Positions 30,220-39,836 of a DNA stretch of 64,000 nt are shown piece by piece. The translations under genes were made by a program, and so were the position numbers. The notes under the pieces are model-generated. The model searched no databases and was not told where the DNA came from. It saw only the letters and a list, made by a program, of their open reading frames with translations. Within the stretch, counting starts at the first letter, position 1, and each line of letters begins with the position of its first letter. The stretch covers positions 62,001 through 126,000 of the IMG/VR virus record IMGVR_UViG_3300042319_002138. One strand, written 5' to 3'.

Positions 30220-30388
30220 AAAAAACCTAATAGAGGTAATCTATTATATGGTTAAACATATGCGTTTTAGTTATTCAGAAATTTTAAAAATGCCTGTTTG
30301 GGAAAGGAGAATCTATGTTGACCTTTGGCAAAAAGAAATGGAAGAACAACAAAAACAGTATAAAAATGCTCAAAGCAAAAAAAGATAA
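30182..30388 (+). CDS. Second tail chaperone ORF (gp51-like / 'GT'-type), possibly made by frameshift
   Basis: FSYSEILKMPVWERRIYV motif; overlaps the upstream ORF across a T7 run. Confidence 0.6.
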   Translation: MDSTFFGLTLEYRKNLIEVIYYMVKHMRFSYSEILKMPVWERRIYVDLWQKEMEEQQKQYKNAQSKKR

Positions 30389-30428
30389 AACAAAATTAAG
30401 GCATATTTATCAATAAAAAGAAATCAAA

Positions 30429-32201
30429 ATGCCTAGAAGTATAAAAGAAATACTTGAAGATTATAAACAAGAGGTAAATTCAGGCTCAAAAGGCCTGAAT
30501 TTTAGTGCATATAAAAATGAAATGATTACCGAAAAAAGAGTAAAGGTACCTGGTATTGAAAAAAACGTTGCTACAAGTGCTGGTGAAGGGTACTCAAACA
30601 TGGATGTTGTTAAACAAAATCTAAGGTCTTTAGGTTTTGACGTTGATGATTTGGGTAAACAAAAAACTGTTGCTCAATTAATGGCAGCACCTTTTGGTTT
30701 TAAATTTTCACTTCTTTGGCCTAAAGAAAATAAATGGGGTGAAAAAAGTTATGTTACTCTATCAATAAATGATAAAGCAGTAGAAGCCGATAGAATTGAT
30801 ACTAGAGCAAAAGTTTCTAACCCAAATAGTAATGGTAAATTAATATTAGAAACAAAATTAGGTCCGGCAATTATTTTTATAGACCCTAAAGAAATAGAAA
30901 GAACTTTAGGTGGTGATGCCGGTAAGTTACCACCAGGTAAAAAAGGTGAAAACTATAAAAGAATGTTAGAAGAAGGTGTTACTTATAAAGTACAAGTAGA
31001 TTCAGACGTTATTTTATCAGGAGAAGGTAATGAAGAAACAGAGGGGGAGGAAACAGAAAAAGAAATTCCAATTCCAGAAGAAATCGCTTCAGGTAAAAAT
31101 AGAAATGAAATTTTTAGATTATTACTAAAAGGTTTTGGTAAATACGATGGAGCTGTTGTTTATGGTGATGGTTTTAAAGACCCTGAAATGGCTAAAGAAT
31201 ATTCTAAACTACAAAGAGAAGTACAAAAGGGTAATGCTAGTAAAGAAGATTTAAAAGAGTTTAGGGAAAAGTCTGGTAGGGATTCTTACAGTATGATGGT
31301 TTCTAATTTAAGAAAGTCATTTCCAAATAACTTTTTAAAAAACTTATCAAAAGTTTTCCCTGAATTTAATATTCAATTTACAAAACAAAATGTCGAAGAA
31401 AATTATACTTTATCTGAAGATGAAAAAAACAAAGACAAATATAAAAGATGGAATTTAGTTTTTCCTGGTAAAGTTGTGGGGGGTCAGACCTTAGACAATT
31501 TAGATAAGAACGTTAGAGAATTTATGGTGGCAGTTAAAAAATGGTTTGCTGTACCTGTAAAGGGGCCTGATGGTAAAAAACGTTCTTATAGTATTTCTTA
31601 TGATGAAGACAAGGTAAATCAGTACTGGAATAATTTTTACGGTACTAAAACTGAATCTAAGTTAACACTTTCAAATATTTTAATGGAAATGTTAAAAGAA
31701 GAAGATGATACAAATGGTGGTAAAACAGTTAAACCCGATTATCTTTTATTAAAAATATTACCTGGTGGATTACAAACTATTGATGAAGGTCAAGAAGACG
31801 TTGAATCTCGTGAGGTGGGGGGTTCAAAAGGTTCTAAAAAACAACTTATTGATGCTGTTTTAGTTGAAGCGTCAGCTTTCTTTAAAGAAGGGGAGGACGG
31901 TAAAATAAATCAAAATGATTTAAATGTATTACCTGGTTATTCTAACGATAAAACTTATAGTGATAAAAAAGGTAAGTCCAATTTAAACATCGAATACACT
32001 AAGGACGGTAAAGTAACTAAAGGTGTTATAACCATTAAAAATAATACTAAATTAACTAATTTATTAACAGAAGTTATTAGGGGTGGTGATATGAAAATCA
32101 AAAAATCTAAAACAGATAGTAAATTTATTATCTTATATTATCCTTCACAAACAGAAGTTTCAAATAAAATTAATAACACTTGGAGTGAAATTTTAAAATA
32201 A
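30429..32201 (+). CDS. Hypothetical virion protein (probable head cargo)
   Basis: 590 aa; late motif upstream; shares NRN… and FPEF segments with 24726-27146. Confidence 0.55.
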   Translation: MPRSIKEILEDYKQEVNSGSKGLNFSAYKNEMITEKRVKVPGIEKNVATSAGEGYSNMDVVKQNLRSLGFDVDDLGKQKTVAQLMAAPFGFKFSLLWPKENKWGEKSYVTLSINDKAVEADRIDTRAKVSNPNSNGKLILETKLGPAIIFIDPKEIERTLGGDAGKLPPGKKGENYKRMLEEGVTYKVQVDSDVILSGEGNEETEGEETEKEIPIPEEIASGKNRNEIFRLLLKGFGKYDGAVVYGDGFKDPEMAKEYSKLQREVQKGNASKEDLKEFREKSGRDSYSMMVSNLRKSFPNNFLKNLSKVFPEFNIQFTKQNVEENYTLSEDEKNKDKYKRWNLVFPGKVVGGQTLDNLDKNVREFMVAVKKWFAVPVKGPDGKKRSYSISYDEDKVNQYWNNFYGTKTESKLTLSNILMEMLKEEDDTNGGKTVKPDYLLLKILPGGLQTIDEGQEDVESREVGGSKGSKKQLIDAVLVEASAFFKEGEDGKINQNDLNVLPGYSNDKTYSDKKGKSNLNIEYTKDGKVTKGVITIKNNTKLTNLLTEVIRGGDMKIKKSKTDSKFIILYYPSQTEVSNKINNTWSEILK

Positions 32202-32208
32202 GTTTTAA

Positions 32209-35004
32209 ATGGCTGACGAAAATTTTGGGCAAAATAAAAAAGACGCCAAAGAATACTACGATACCCAAAGGCAAATAGCCAAGGTTATTAAACAACAAAC
32301 CGAAAGTTGGTCAACATATGGTGATGCTCAAAAAACTGTTTCTGAAAATGCTAAACAGATACGAGATACACAGAAAAGAATTAATGAGTTATTAGCTGAA
32401 GGTTCTAAGGAAGCTAAAGCTGAAGCAGCTGAACTACAAAAACAAGTTGATTATACTAGAGAATTAAACAAAGAATTAGCTAAAACTAGTGTCCTATTAA
32501 AAGCTGGTGGTAAAGCCATTGGTAAATGGGGTATGGACAAATTGTCAAAAGGTTTTGACAATATTCTAGATAGGTACAACAGAATGGATAGGTCTTCTAG
32601 AGAAGCAGCTATCAACATCGGTATGTCCACCACTAGAATGAACCAGTTTAGAATGGTTGTGGCAAAATCACAGTCTAGTTTAACCGCGATGGGTGTTGAA
32701 CTTGAGAAAGCTGGTCAAATGCAAGAATCTTTTGCTGACGCTACAGGTAGACAAGTGATGTTAACCGAAAAGACATTGGTACAAATGGCTGCTTTAGCTA
32801 AGACAACTGGAATGGCTGAAGAAGAAATGGCTGGTTTAGTTGGTCAGATGGATTCTTTCGGTATGGGGGCACAAGCCTCGTCACAAGCAATAAGTAATAT
32901 TGTACAAAGAACAAATAAGTTAGGACTTAATACCAAAAACGTGATGAAAAAGATTACACAGAATGTGGGTCTTTTAAATAAACTTAGTTTTAAAAATGGT
33001 ATTAATGGTTTAGCTAAAATGGCTAGATATTCAGAAAAATATAAATTGTCGTTAGAAGCTGCAGCTGGTTTCGCTGAAAAGGTAATGAGACCTGAAGGTG
33101 CTATTGATGCGGCAGCTAATTTACAGGTGTTAGGTGGTAGTATGGCTCAAATGGGTGATGCTTTTCAGTTAATGGGTCAGGCAAGAAATAACCCTGAAGA
33201 ATTTATAAAGACTATCACAAAAGGTGCTGCGGAAGCTGCACAATGGGACGATGTTTCCAAAAGTTTTAAAGTTAGTGCTTATCAAATGGATAGGTTAAGA
33301 GAGGCGTCTGAAGCAACAGGTATCTCTGTGGAAGAATTAGCTGGGACTGCTAAACAAACAGCTAAGATGAATATGTTTGGTAACCTAATTAAAATTTCTG
33401 GTGATGATAAGGAATTCTTGTCGGGGATAATGGAACTTGACAGTAAAGGTCAGGCTTTCCTTTTTGATGAGAAGGGTCATAAACAATATTTAAAAGATTT
33501 AAGTGCAACAGACCAACAAGCTATAGCGGATAAATTAACCGCGGAAAAAGAAACTGAAAAAGAAAGAGCAATATCAAGACAAACTTCACAAGATTTATTA
33601 GTGAATAATTTAAATGCATTGTTAGATAAATTAATGCCAGCAATAGTTAAATTTGACGATAGTCTTAGACCTATGTTGGAATCTTTGTTAAAGAAACTTG
33701 GTTCATGGGTTGATTCTTTAATTAAAAACCCTTGGTTACTTAAACTAGCTTTAGGTCTATTGGTATTTGCTAAAGTGGCACCAATATTATCAGCAATTCT
33801 TTCCCCATTAGCTTGGTTGTTGAAGGGTAGAATGTTAGCTCGTGGTTTTAATGCAGGTGTTGCTAAAGGACCTTTAGGTGCCGCGGGTGCAGCTAAAAGT
33901 GGTGCACAAAGTGGTGCTGGTGGTAATATGGTTAAAGCTAAATCAGGTAAAATGTACAACGCTGATAGCCCACAAGGAAAAATGATTAGTACTAAAGGTG
34001 GGACTCAACCATTAGGTGGAGGTCAGTCTGGTCAAGCAGGTAAGGCTAGTCAAATGGGTGATTCAACGGGAAAATCGGCAACAAACATGTTAAAAGGAGC
34101 CGCAGCTATATTAATCTTATCAGCAGCTTTATTTGTATTCGCTAAAGCGTTACAGGAGTTTGAAAAGTTACAAAATGGGTGGCAAACATTAGCTTTAGCC
34201 GCAGTTAGTCTACTTGTTTTATCTGGAGCTTTATACGTTGTCGGTCAGATAATGAGTAAAGCAAGTACAAATATATTATTGGGGTCTGTAGCTATATTAG
34301 CCTTAGGTATTGCGTTGATACCGTTTGCTTACGCGATGTCATTACTCGCTGGTGTGGGTGTGGGTACTATGTTAGGTGCCGCATTAGCCCTTGGTGCTTT
34401 TGCGTTAGCAGCATTTTTAATGGGTGTGGCTCTTGTACCTATTTTATTAGGTGCTGTAGCAATTGCCGTTTTGAGTTTAGCTTTGATGTTATTCGGGACA
34501 GCTCTACAAATGGTAGCACCTGGAATGGAAATGTTCTTATCTTCACTTTCACAATTACCTTCATTAATTGGTCCGTTATTTATGTTTGGTCCGGCCTTAA
34601 TGTTAGCGTCTGTTGGTATATTTGCTTTATCAGTTTCTTTATTCGCGTTAGGTGCCGCTTGGTGGTTTGGTGGGAGTGCCTTTAAAGATTTAACACATAG
34701 TCTTGCAGCACTTAAAGGATTAGACCTTTCTGGTATGTCATCTTCCATAAGGGCAATAAATCGTGTTGATTTGGATAAGATTGAGGCTATTAAAGATTTG
34801 GCTTCAATGCTTTCTTTAGTTAGTTTGTTTGGTGGTATTAAAATTGAATTTGGTGATATCGATGTTAAAGGTACTATTAATCTTAAAGGAGGGAGTGGGG
34901 TTAGTAGAGGTACTGATTGGGTTAACGACCCTGTATTTGTTTCCAAACTTAAAAACCTTATTTGGGAATCTACCGGTAAAGGTAAAAAGGGCGGCAAATC
35001 CTAA
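32209..35004 (+). CDS. Tape measure protein
   Basis: Helical Ala/Gln/Lys-rich N half, long hydrophobic Ala/Leu/Gly-rich C region, downstream of tube and chaperones. Confidence 0.8.
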   Translation: MADENFGQNKKDAKEYYDTQRQIAKVIKQQTESWSTYGDAQKTVSENAKQIRDTQKRINELLAEGSKEAKAEAAELQKQVDYTRELNKELAKTSVLLKAGGKAIGKWGMDKLSKGFDNILDRYNRMDRSSREAAINIGMSTTRMNQFRMVVAKSQSSLTAMGVELEKAGQMQESFADATGRQVMLTEKTLVQMAALAKTTGMAEEEMAGLVGQMDSFGMGAQASSQAISNIVQRTNKLGLNTKNVMKKITQNVGLLNKLSFKNGINGLAKMARYSEKYKLSLEAAAGFAEKVMRPEGAIDAAANLQVLGGSMAQMGDAFQLMGQARNNPEEFIKTITKGAAEAAQWDDVSKSFKVSAYQMDRLREASEATGISVEELAGTAKQTAKMNMFGNLIKISGDDKEFLSGIMELDSKGQAFLFDEKGHKQYLKDLSATDQQAIADKLTAEKETEKERAISRQTSQDLLVNNLNALLDKLMPAIVKFDDSLRPMLESLLKKLGSWVDSLIKNPWLLKLALGLLVFAKVAPILSAILSPLAWLLKGRMLARGFNAGVAKGPLGAAGAAKSGAQSGAGGNMVKAKSGKMYNADSPQGKMISTKGGTQPLGGGQSGQAGKASQMGDSTGKSATNMLKGAAAILILSAALFVFAKALQEFEKLQNGWQTLALAAVSLLVLSGALYVVGQIMSKASTNILLGSVAILALGIALIPFAYAMSLLAGVGVGTMLGAALALGAFALAAFLMGVALVPILLGAVAIAVLSLALMLFGTALQMVAPGMEMFLSSLSQLPSLIGPLFMFGPALMLASVGIFALSVSLFALGAAWWFGGSAFKDLTHSLAALKGLDLSGMSSSIRAINRVDLDKIEAIKDLASMLSLVSLFGGIKIEFGDIDVKGTINLKGGSGVSRGTDWVNDPVFVSKLKNLIWESTGKGKKGGKS

Positions 35005-35122
35005 TTAATATATAAGCATTTATTATTTATTATTAATACTTATTTTTAATTAAAGCTGATATGCGCTAAAATTAGTAAGTAAATTTAAATATGTAAATAT
35101 TTATATAAAAAAGTTTAAAGGT

Positions 35123-38100
35123 ATGCCAAACGCGATAAACCCAAATGATTATAATATAGATTTTTTCGCCACCGATTTTATTGGTGTTACGACAGCAGAA
35201 AGTTTTAGAGATTATCTTTTTAGTAAAAATTTACCTGACTTACCACCTGAATTAATTAACGGTGCGGCAGGTAACTTTAGTAGTGACTATGCTGAAAAAG
35301 GTTTGGAGAAATCCATTAATTATACAAGTATATCGAATCCCGGTGATATTGATGAGTGGTTGGTGGAGGGTAATTTTTCCACTTCACTTCACGAAGTTAG
35401 AGATATTAATTTATTATCAGGTAATAACTATGGGCCACCGACAATCGAGGCCTATAATGAACCAGGTTTAATACCTGAAAACACAGGTTTCTTACAATAC
35501 CCTACTTCTTCAGGTGGAGACGACCTTAAATCAATTTTATTAAGTGACCAATTAGCAGGTTTAGGACCTGGAGCGGCAATTAATTTTCCTTCAGACTTAA
35601 ATGATATTGCGAAAGATAGAAGAAAAGAAGAAGCTATTAATAGACTTAAACTTAAAGCTCAAGATAATATTTTAGGTAAATTAAATTTAGACCCTTTTGG
35701 ATTATTAGCGGGAGAAGATTTAATCCTTAGAGATTATAAAATCACAACAAGACCGACAGTTTTAGGTAAGGTATTTGAATTTTTTAGTGATGCAGCAGAT
35801 GTAACAATACCGAATAGTCCAATACCGTCAGGTGCCTTTGGTTCCTACGGAGATTTAGATAACCCAGTTTCGTATTCCGATTTAATGGACTCTACTGGTT
35901 CTGGTACAAAAACTTTAATCTATAACGCTGTAGCTAGAAATAAATACGGACCTACATTAAGTGAACCAAAAGGTTTCTTAGCAAATACTTTTGGAGCAGG
36001 ACAAGCTGCACAAAAAAATAATTATTTATCACCCGCTAGTACAACATTAGGACAAGCGTTAGGAATTCCTTTAATAGATAAAATAAATCAGGCTGTAGGA
36101 AAAGCGGTTGACGCTTTAAATGGTGGGGTTAATAACGGGGTTGGTATAGAAGGAAATACACCACCCACAGAAACAGAAAACCCATCAATCACATTAGACA
36201 ATATCCAAGAAAACGCACAGGCTGAATTTGATACATTATGGAATGGTCAAAATATAGATACTTGGCAAACACAGGGACCCATAACTAAAATAGAGATACC
36301 TGGTATTGGATTAAGTCTAACTATTCCTGATAATGGACCCGATGGACCTATAGGTACAAAAATACCTATGAATGTTGGTGATGAATTTTACCCAGGAGAA
36401 ATAAATGGTTCTAAAAATAGTGGTATATCTTATGATAGGGGAATGTATTGGGGTAGTCACACCAACAACCCATTTAAAAAAGGTATTTTAAAATACACAC
36501 AAGATTTAATTAATAATTCTAGAAATACAAAAGATTATAAAGATAAAGCAAGATTTGTCGGTGCAACAAACGACGCCTCAAATTTTGATGCAAAAAGTGG
36601 TAGACATAATAATTACTCTATGGGTAACACCGTTACTGATGCAGAAAACAATTTTTATTGTCGTTCTTGGTCTGTAAGAAATCCATACAGAAAAGTTAGT
36701 GATTTAATTAGACACGGAGGTGGTGTTGATTCTTCTGGTAATACAAGAAGTTTAACAAGAGAAGATTTAAATTTAAGTGTATTAGATAATAATGGTTTTG
36801 TTAAAATAGCACCATATGTTGGGGATTTTAAATCTAGAAGTTTCAGCACTGATGGTAGTGAAAATAATTTAGAATCTGGTGTATTAAAATTAGGAAATCC
36901 ACAAATTCAAAAATACATGTTGTCTATTGAAAATTTAGCTTGGCAAAATAGTGAACATATATTACATGTTGCTCCTTGTGAGGTAGGACCTAACGGTGGA
37001 CGTATAATGTGGTTCCCACCCTATGATATTAGTTTTACCGATAACTCTAGTGCCAATTGGGAAGCAACAAGTTTTATTGGTAGAGGTGAACCTGTGTACA
37101 CTTACAATAATACCGAAAGAAGTGGTACCCTTAGTTTTACCTTGATTATTGACCACTCAATGGCAATGACTGAAATAAAACAAAAGGGGGAAGAAGCTTT
37201 ATTTAGATATTTCGCTGGATGTGAAAATCCAATAGAAGCCTTTACGTCAATTGTACCTAAAGCAGTTGAAGATGAAACAAAGGTACAACAAGTTACAGAA
37301 ACAACAACAACTAAAACTGATGTAACTAAAGATAACCCTGAAGTTTGTGACCCTGAACCACCACCAGTAACTAAGTTACAATTTTATTTTAGGAATGCTA
37401 GAAGATTTGAATTAGATTCTGTTGGTACAAACTTAACAACTGAATTAGGTTCTAATGCTGATGAAAAACCACCCAATTATTTATCTCAATATACTAAACT
37501 TTGGCCTAATGGTTATTTAAGAGGTAGTTCAGGTACACCACCACCTACCATACCTAACCCGAATAATCCTGGTCAGTTTATACCTAACCCTGCTTTTACA
37601 TCTAGTACACAAACTGATATAGAAACTTTAAACCAACAAGCTTTAGACAATTTAAATACTTTAGTTGATTTCTTATTAACACCTGACGGTAAAAGATATA
37701 AAATTAAAATTATTGGTAAAACAAGTGATGCAGGACCAACTTCAGGTGGTAAAAGTAATGAAAAATTAGCTCAAAAACGTGCTAATTCAACAAAAGATTA
37801 TTTATTAAACACACTTTACGCTGTAGAAACAGCTGTTGGTGTTGTTAAAGCAGAAAATTTAGGTTCACAAAAAACATACCCAACGGAAAAAGAATGGCGA
37901 GATAGTAATTTAAGATGGGAAGTTTTAGCTGTTGGTGAAACCGATTCTAGTTTATCAGTATCTTATGATGATGGTACTGGACAAAAAACGGAACAAAAAG
38001 ATGATAATAGAACTTTTGGTGATTCACAAACAAGTGTACCACAAGCTATAAGAAATAGAACAACACTAGTTACTTTAGAATATAATAAAGAAATTGATGA

Positions 38101-39496
38101 TACTTTAATTGGTGCGGCACAACCACCAATAACAGAGCAAACAGAACAAACAGTAGTTACTGTTAGAGATGTTGAAACCACAATACCCGCTAGTAAAGAA
38201 AAAATAGAAAGACAACGTGAAGCTGAATTAGCTGCAGCGTTAGCAGCGAAAGCTTCTAGATACATGGCTTGGGAATGTTCTTATTTTGAAAAAATGAAAC
38301 AAGATGATTCATTTATTTATGAAACATTAACACAGAAATTAAAATATTTCCACCCAGCATTTCACTCAATGACACCTGAAGGTTTTAATGCTAGATTAAC
38401 ATTCTTAAAACAATGTACAAGACAAGGACCTAACATTGCTGTAGGTGAACCTAGTAATTTAGCATTTGGTAAACCACCTGTTTGTGTTTTAAGAATTGGT
38501 GATTTTTATCATACCAAAATTATTATAGATTCAGTTAATTTAACTTTTGACCCATTACAATGGGATTTAAATCCTGAAGGTATTGGTGTACAACCAATGT
38601 TATGTAAAGCTGATTTAAGTTTTAAATTTATTGGTGGTTCTTCACTAGGTGGACCTATATCACAATTACAAAATGCAGTAGGATTTAACTTCTTTGCTAA
38701 TACGGCCTTATATAACCCAAGAGTAATTTCTAAATCGGTTGGTAAATATGTAACAAAAAGGGTTGACCCACTTACAGGACAAGAAACTGAATTTACAGTA
38801 CAAACACCTGCAGGAGCTAATGGTTCTATTGAATACGGTGCTTTCATGACACCTAGACAATCAACATCAACAAGTTTATCTAATAATGACTCTAATGGGT
38901 CTACATCAAATTCTAGTACAGATACGGTACCAAATGATAAAGCAAAAGCTACAGCTGATGCACAACAAGCGGACCAACAAGTAGCTGGTAAAGAGGCACA
39001 ATCAACAGTTGCTGAACAAACTAAAGTTGACCAAGAGTTCACTAAAAAAGAAGAAGAAATAGCTGATAGCTCAACAGCAGAAAATGATGGTGTGAAAGGA
39101 AATACATTCCCTGGATTTGATAAAAAGACTGGTGTATATACAATGCAATATACACAAATATTAACATGGAAAAAAGGTGGTGGAACAAATGCCGCACCTG
39201 CCGGTGTTAATAAGTTAAAGGTAGAAAAAGGACAAAAAGTTTATTTACAAACTACCACAAACGGAAAAGAAATTTTTATTGGTGGTTCATTTAAAAACCC
39301 TGATAATAATAAAGTATATAGTACAATAAACAACCCTCTTAGGGTATACTGTAACGGGGATAACGGTTTCAATTTCTTCTTTGTAGAATCATCTGGAAAT
39401 AGTGGTTTTTATACAAACACAGGATTCTATAATGTGGTAAAAAAAGTATTCTGTAAAGGTACTGTACCTAAAACATGGGCTGAATTAACAGCATAA
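35123..39496 (+). CDS. Large baseplate / tube-initiator-like protein with an inserted OmpA-like domain
   Basis: WFPPYDISF…FIGRGEPVYTYNNTERSGTLSF and PPVCVLRIGDF…QPML segments; IKIIGKTS…NEKLAQKRANSTKDYL…RNR is OmpA-like. Confidence 0.6.
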   Translation: MPNAINPNDYNIDFFATDFIGVTTAESFRDYLFSKNLPDLPPELINGAAGNFSSDYAEKGLEKSINYTSISNPGDIDEWLVEGNFSTSLHEVRDINLLSGNNYGPPTIEAYNEPGLIPENTGFLQYPTSSGGDDLKSILLSDQLAGLGPGAAINFPSDLNDIAKDRRKEEAINRLKLKAQDNILGKLNLDPFGLLAGEDLILRDYKITTRPTVLGKVFEFFSDAADVTIPNSPIPSGAFGSYGDLDNPVSYSDLMDSTGSGTKTLIYNAVARNKYGPTLSEPKGFLANTFGAGQAAQKNNYLSPASTTLGQALGIPLIDKINQAVGKAVDALNGGVNNGVGIEGNTPPTETENPSITLDNIQENAQAEFDTLWNGQNIDTWQTQGPITKIEIPGIGLSLTIPDNGPDGPIGTKIPMNVGDEFYPGEINGSKNSGISYDRGMYWGSHTNNPFKKGILKYTQDLINNSRNTKDYKDKARFVGATNDASNFDAKSGRHNNYSMGNTVTDAENNFYCRSWSVRNPYRKVSDLIRHGGGVDSSGNTRSLTREDLNLSVLDNNGFVKIAPYVGDFKSRSFSTDGSENNLESGVLKLGNPQIQKYMLSIENLAWQNSEHILHVAPCEVGPNGGRIMWFPPYDISFTDNSSANWEATSFIGRGEPVYTYNNTERSGTLSFTLIIDHSMAMTEIKQKGEEALFRYFAGCENPIEAFTSIVPKAVEDETKVQQVTETTTTKTDVTKDNPEVCDPEPPPVTKLQFYFRNARRFELDSVGTNLTTELGSNADEKPPNYLSQYTKLWPNGYLRGSSGTPPPTIPNPNNPGQFIPNPAFTSSTQTDIETLNQQALDNLNTLVDFLLTPDGKRYKIKIIGKTSDAGPTSGGKSNEKLAQKRANSTKDYLLNTLYAVETAVGVVKAENLGSQKTYPTEKEWRDSNLRWEVLAVGETDSSLSVSYDDGTGQKTEQKDDNRTFGDSQTSVPQAIRNRTTLVTLEYNKEIDDTLIGAAQPPITEQTEQTVVTVRDVETTIPASKEKIERQREAELAAALAAKASRYMAWECSYFEKMKQDDSFIYETLTQKLKYFHPAFHSMTPEGFNARLTFLKQCTRQGPNIAVGEPSNLAFGKPPVCVLRIGDFYHTKIIIDSVNLTFDPLQWDLNPEGIGVQPMLCKADLSFKFIGGSSLGGPISQLQNAVGFNFFANTALYNPRVISKSVGKYVTKRVDPLTGQETEFTVQTPAGANGSIEYGAFMTPRQSTSTSLSNNDSNGSTSNSSTDTVPNDKAKATADAQQADQQVAGKEAQSTVAEQTKVDQEFTKKEEEIADSSTAENDGVKGNTFPGFDKKTGVYTMQYTQILTWKKGGGTNAAPAGVNKLKVEKGQKVYLQTTTNGKEIFIGGSFKNPDNNKVYSTINNPLRVYCNGDNGFNFFFVESSGNSGFYTNTGFYNVVKKVFCKGTVPKTWAELTA

Positions 39497-39507
39497 AATT
39501 TTAAAAT

Positions 39508-39822
39508 ATGGCAATATACTACGATAGATATAGAGATTTCAGGAAAGACGGTATGGTAACAACCTTACCGTTTATAAAAATACCTGTAAAACCATCAGAC
39601 AAAAGAATTGTTACGGATAATAAAACAAGATTTGATAAAATAAGTCAAACTTATTATGGGAATCCCTTCCATGGTTGGTTGATATTACAAGCTAATCCAG
39701 AATTCGGTGGTTTAGAGTTTGACATTCCTGAAAATACAGTTATAATAGTACCATTTCCTTTAAACAAATCATTAGAGGAATACCAATCTCAAGTAGAGAG
39801 ATATAAAAGATTATACGGATAA
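39508..39822 (+). CDS. LysM-like baseplate protein (gp53 / P2 gpX-like)
   Basis: RFDKISQTYYGNPFHGWLILQANP…IIVP. Confidence 0.75.
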   Translation: MAIYYDRYRDFRKDGMVTTLPFIKIPVKPSDKRIVTDNKTRFDKISQTYYGNPFHGWLILQANPEFGGLEFDIPENTVIIVPFPLNKSLEEYQSQVERYKRLYG

Positions 39823-39836
39823 ATAATAAGTTTTTT

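Noticed and set aside
33477-34997. 160-aa and 222-aa minus-strand ORFs
   Set aside because: Antisense shadows of the Ala/Gly-rich tape measure gene.
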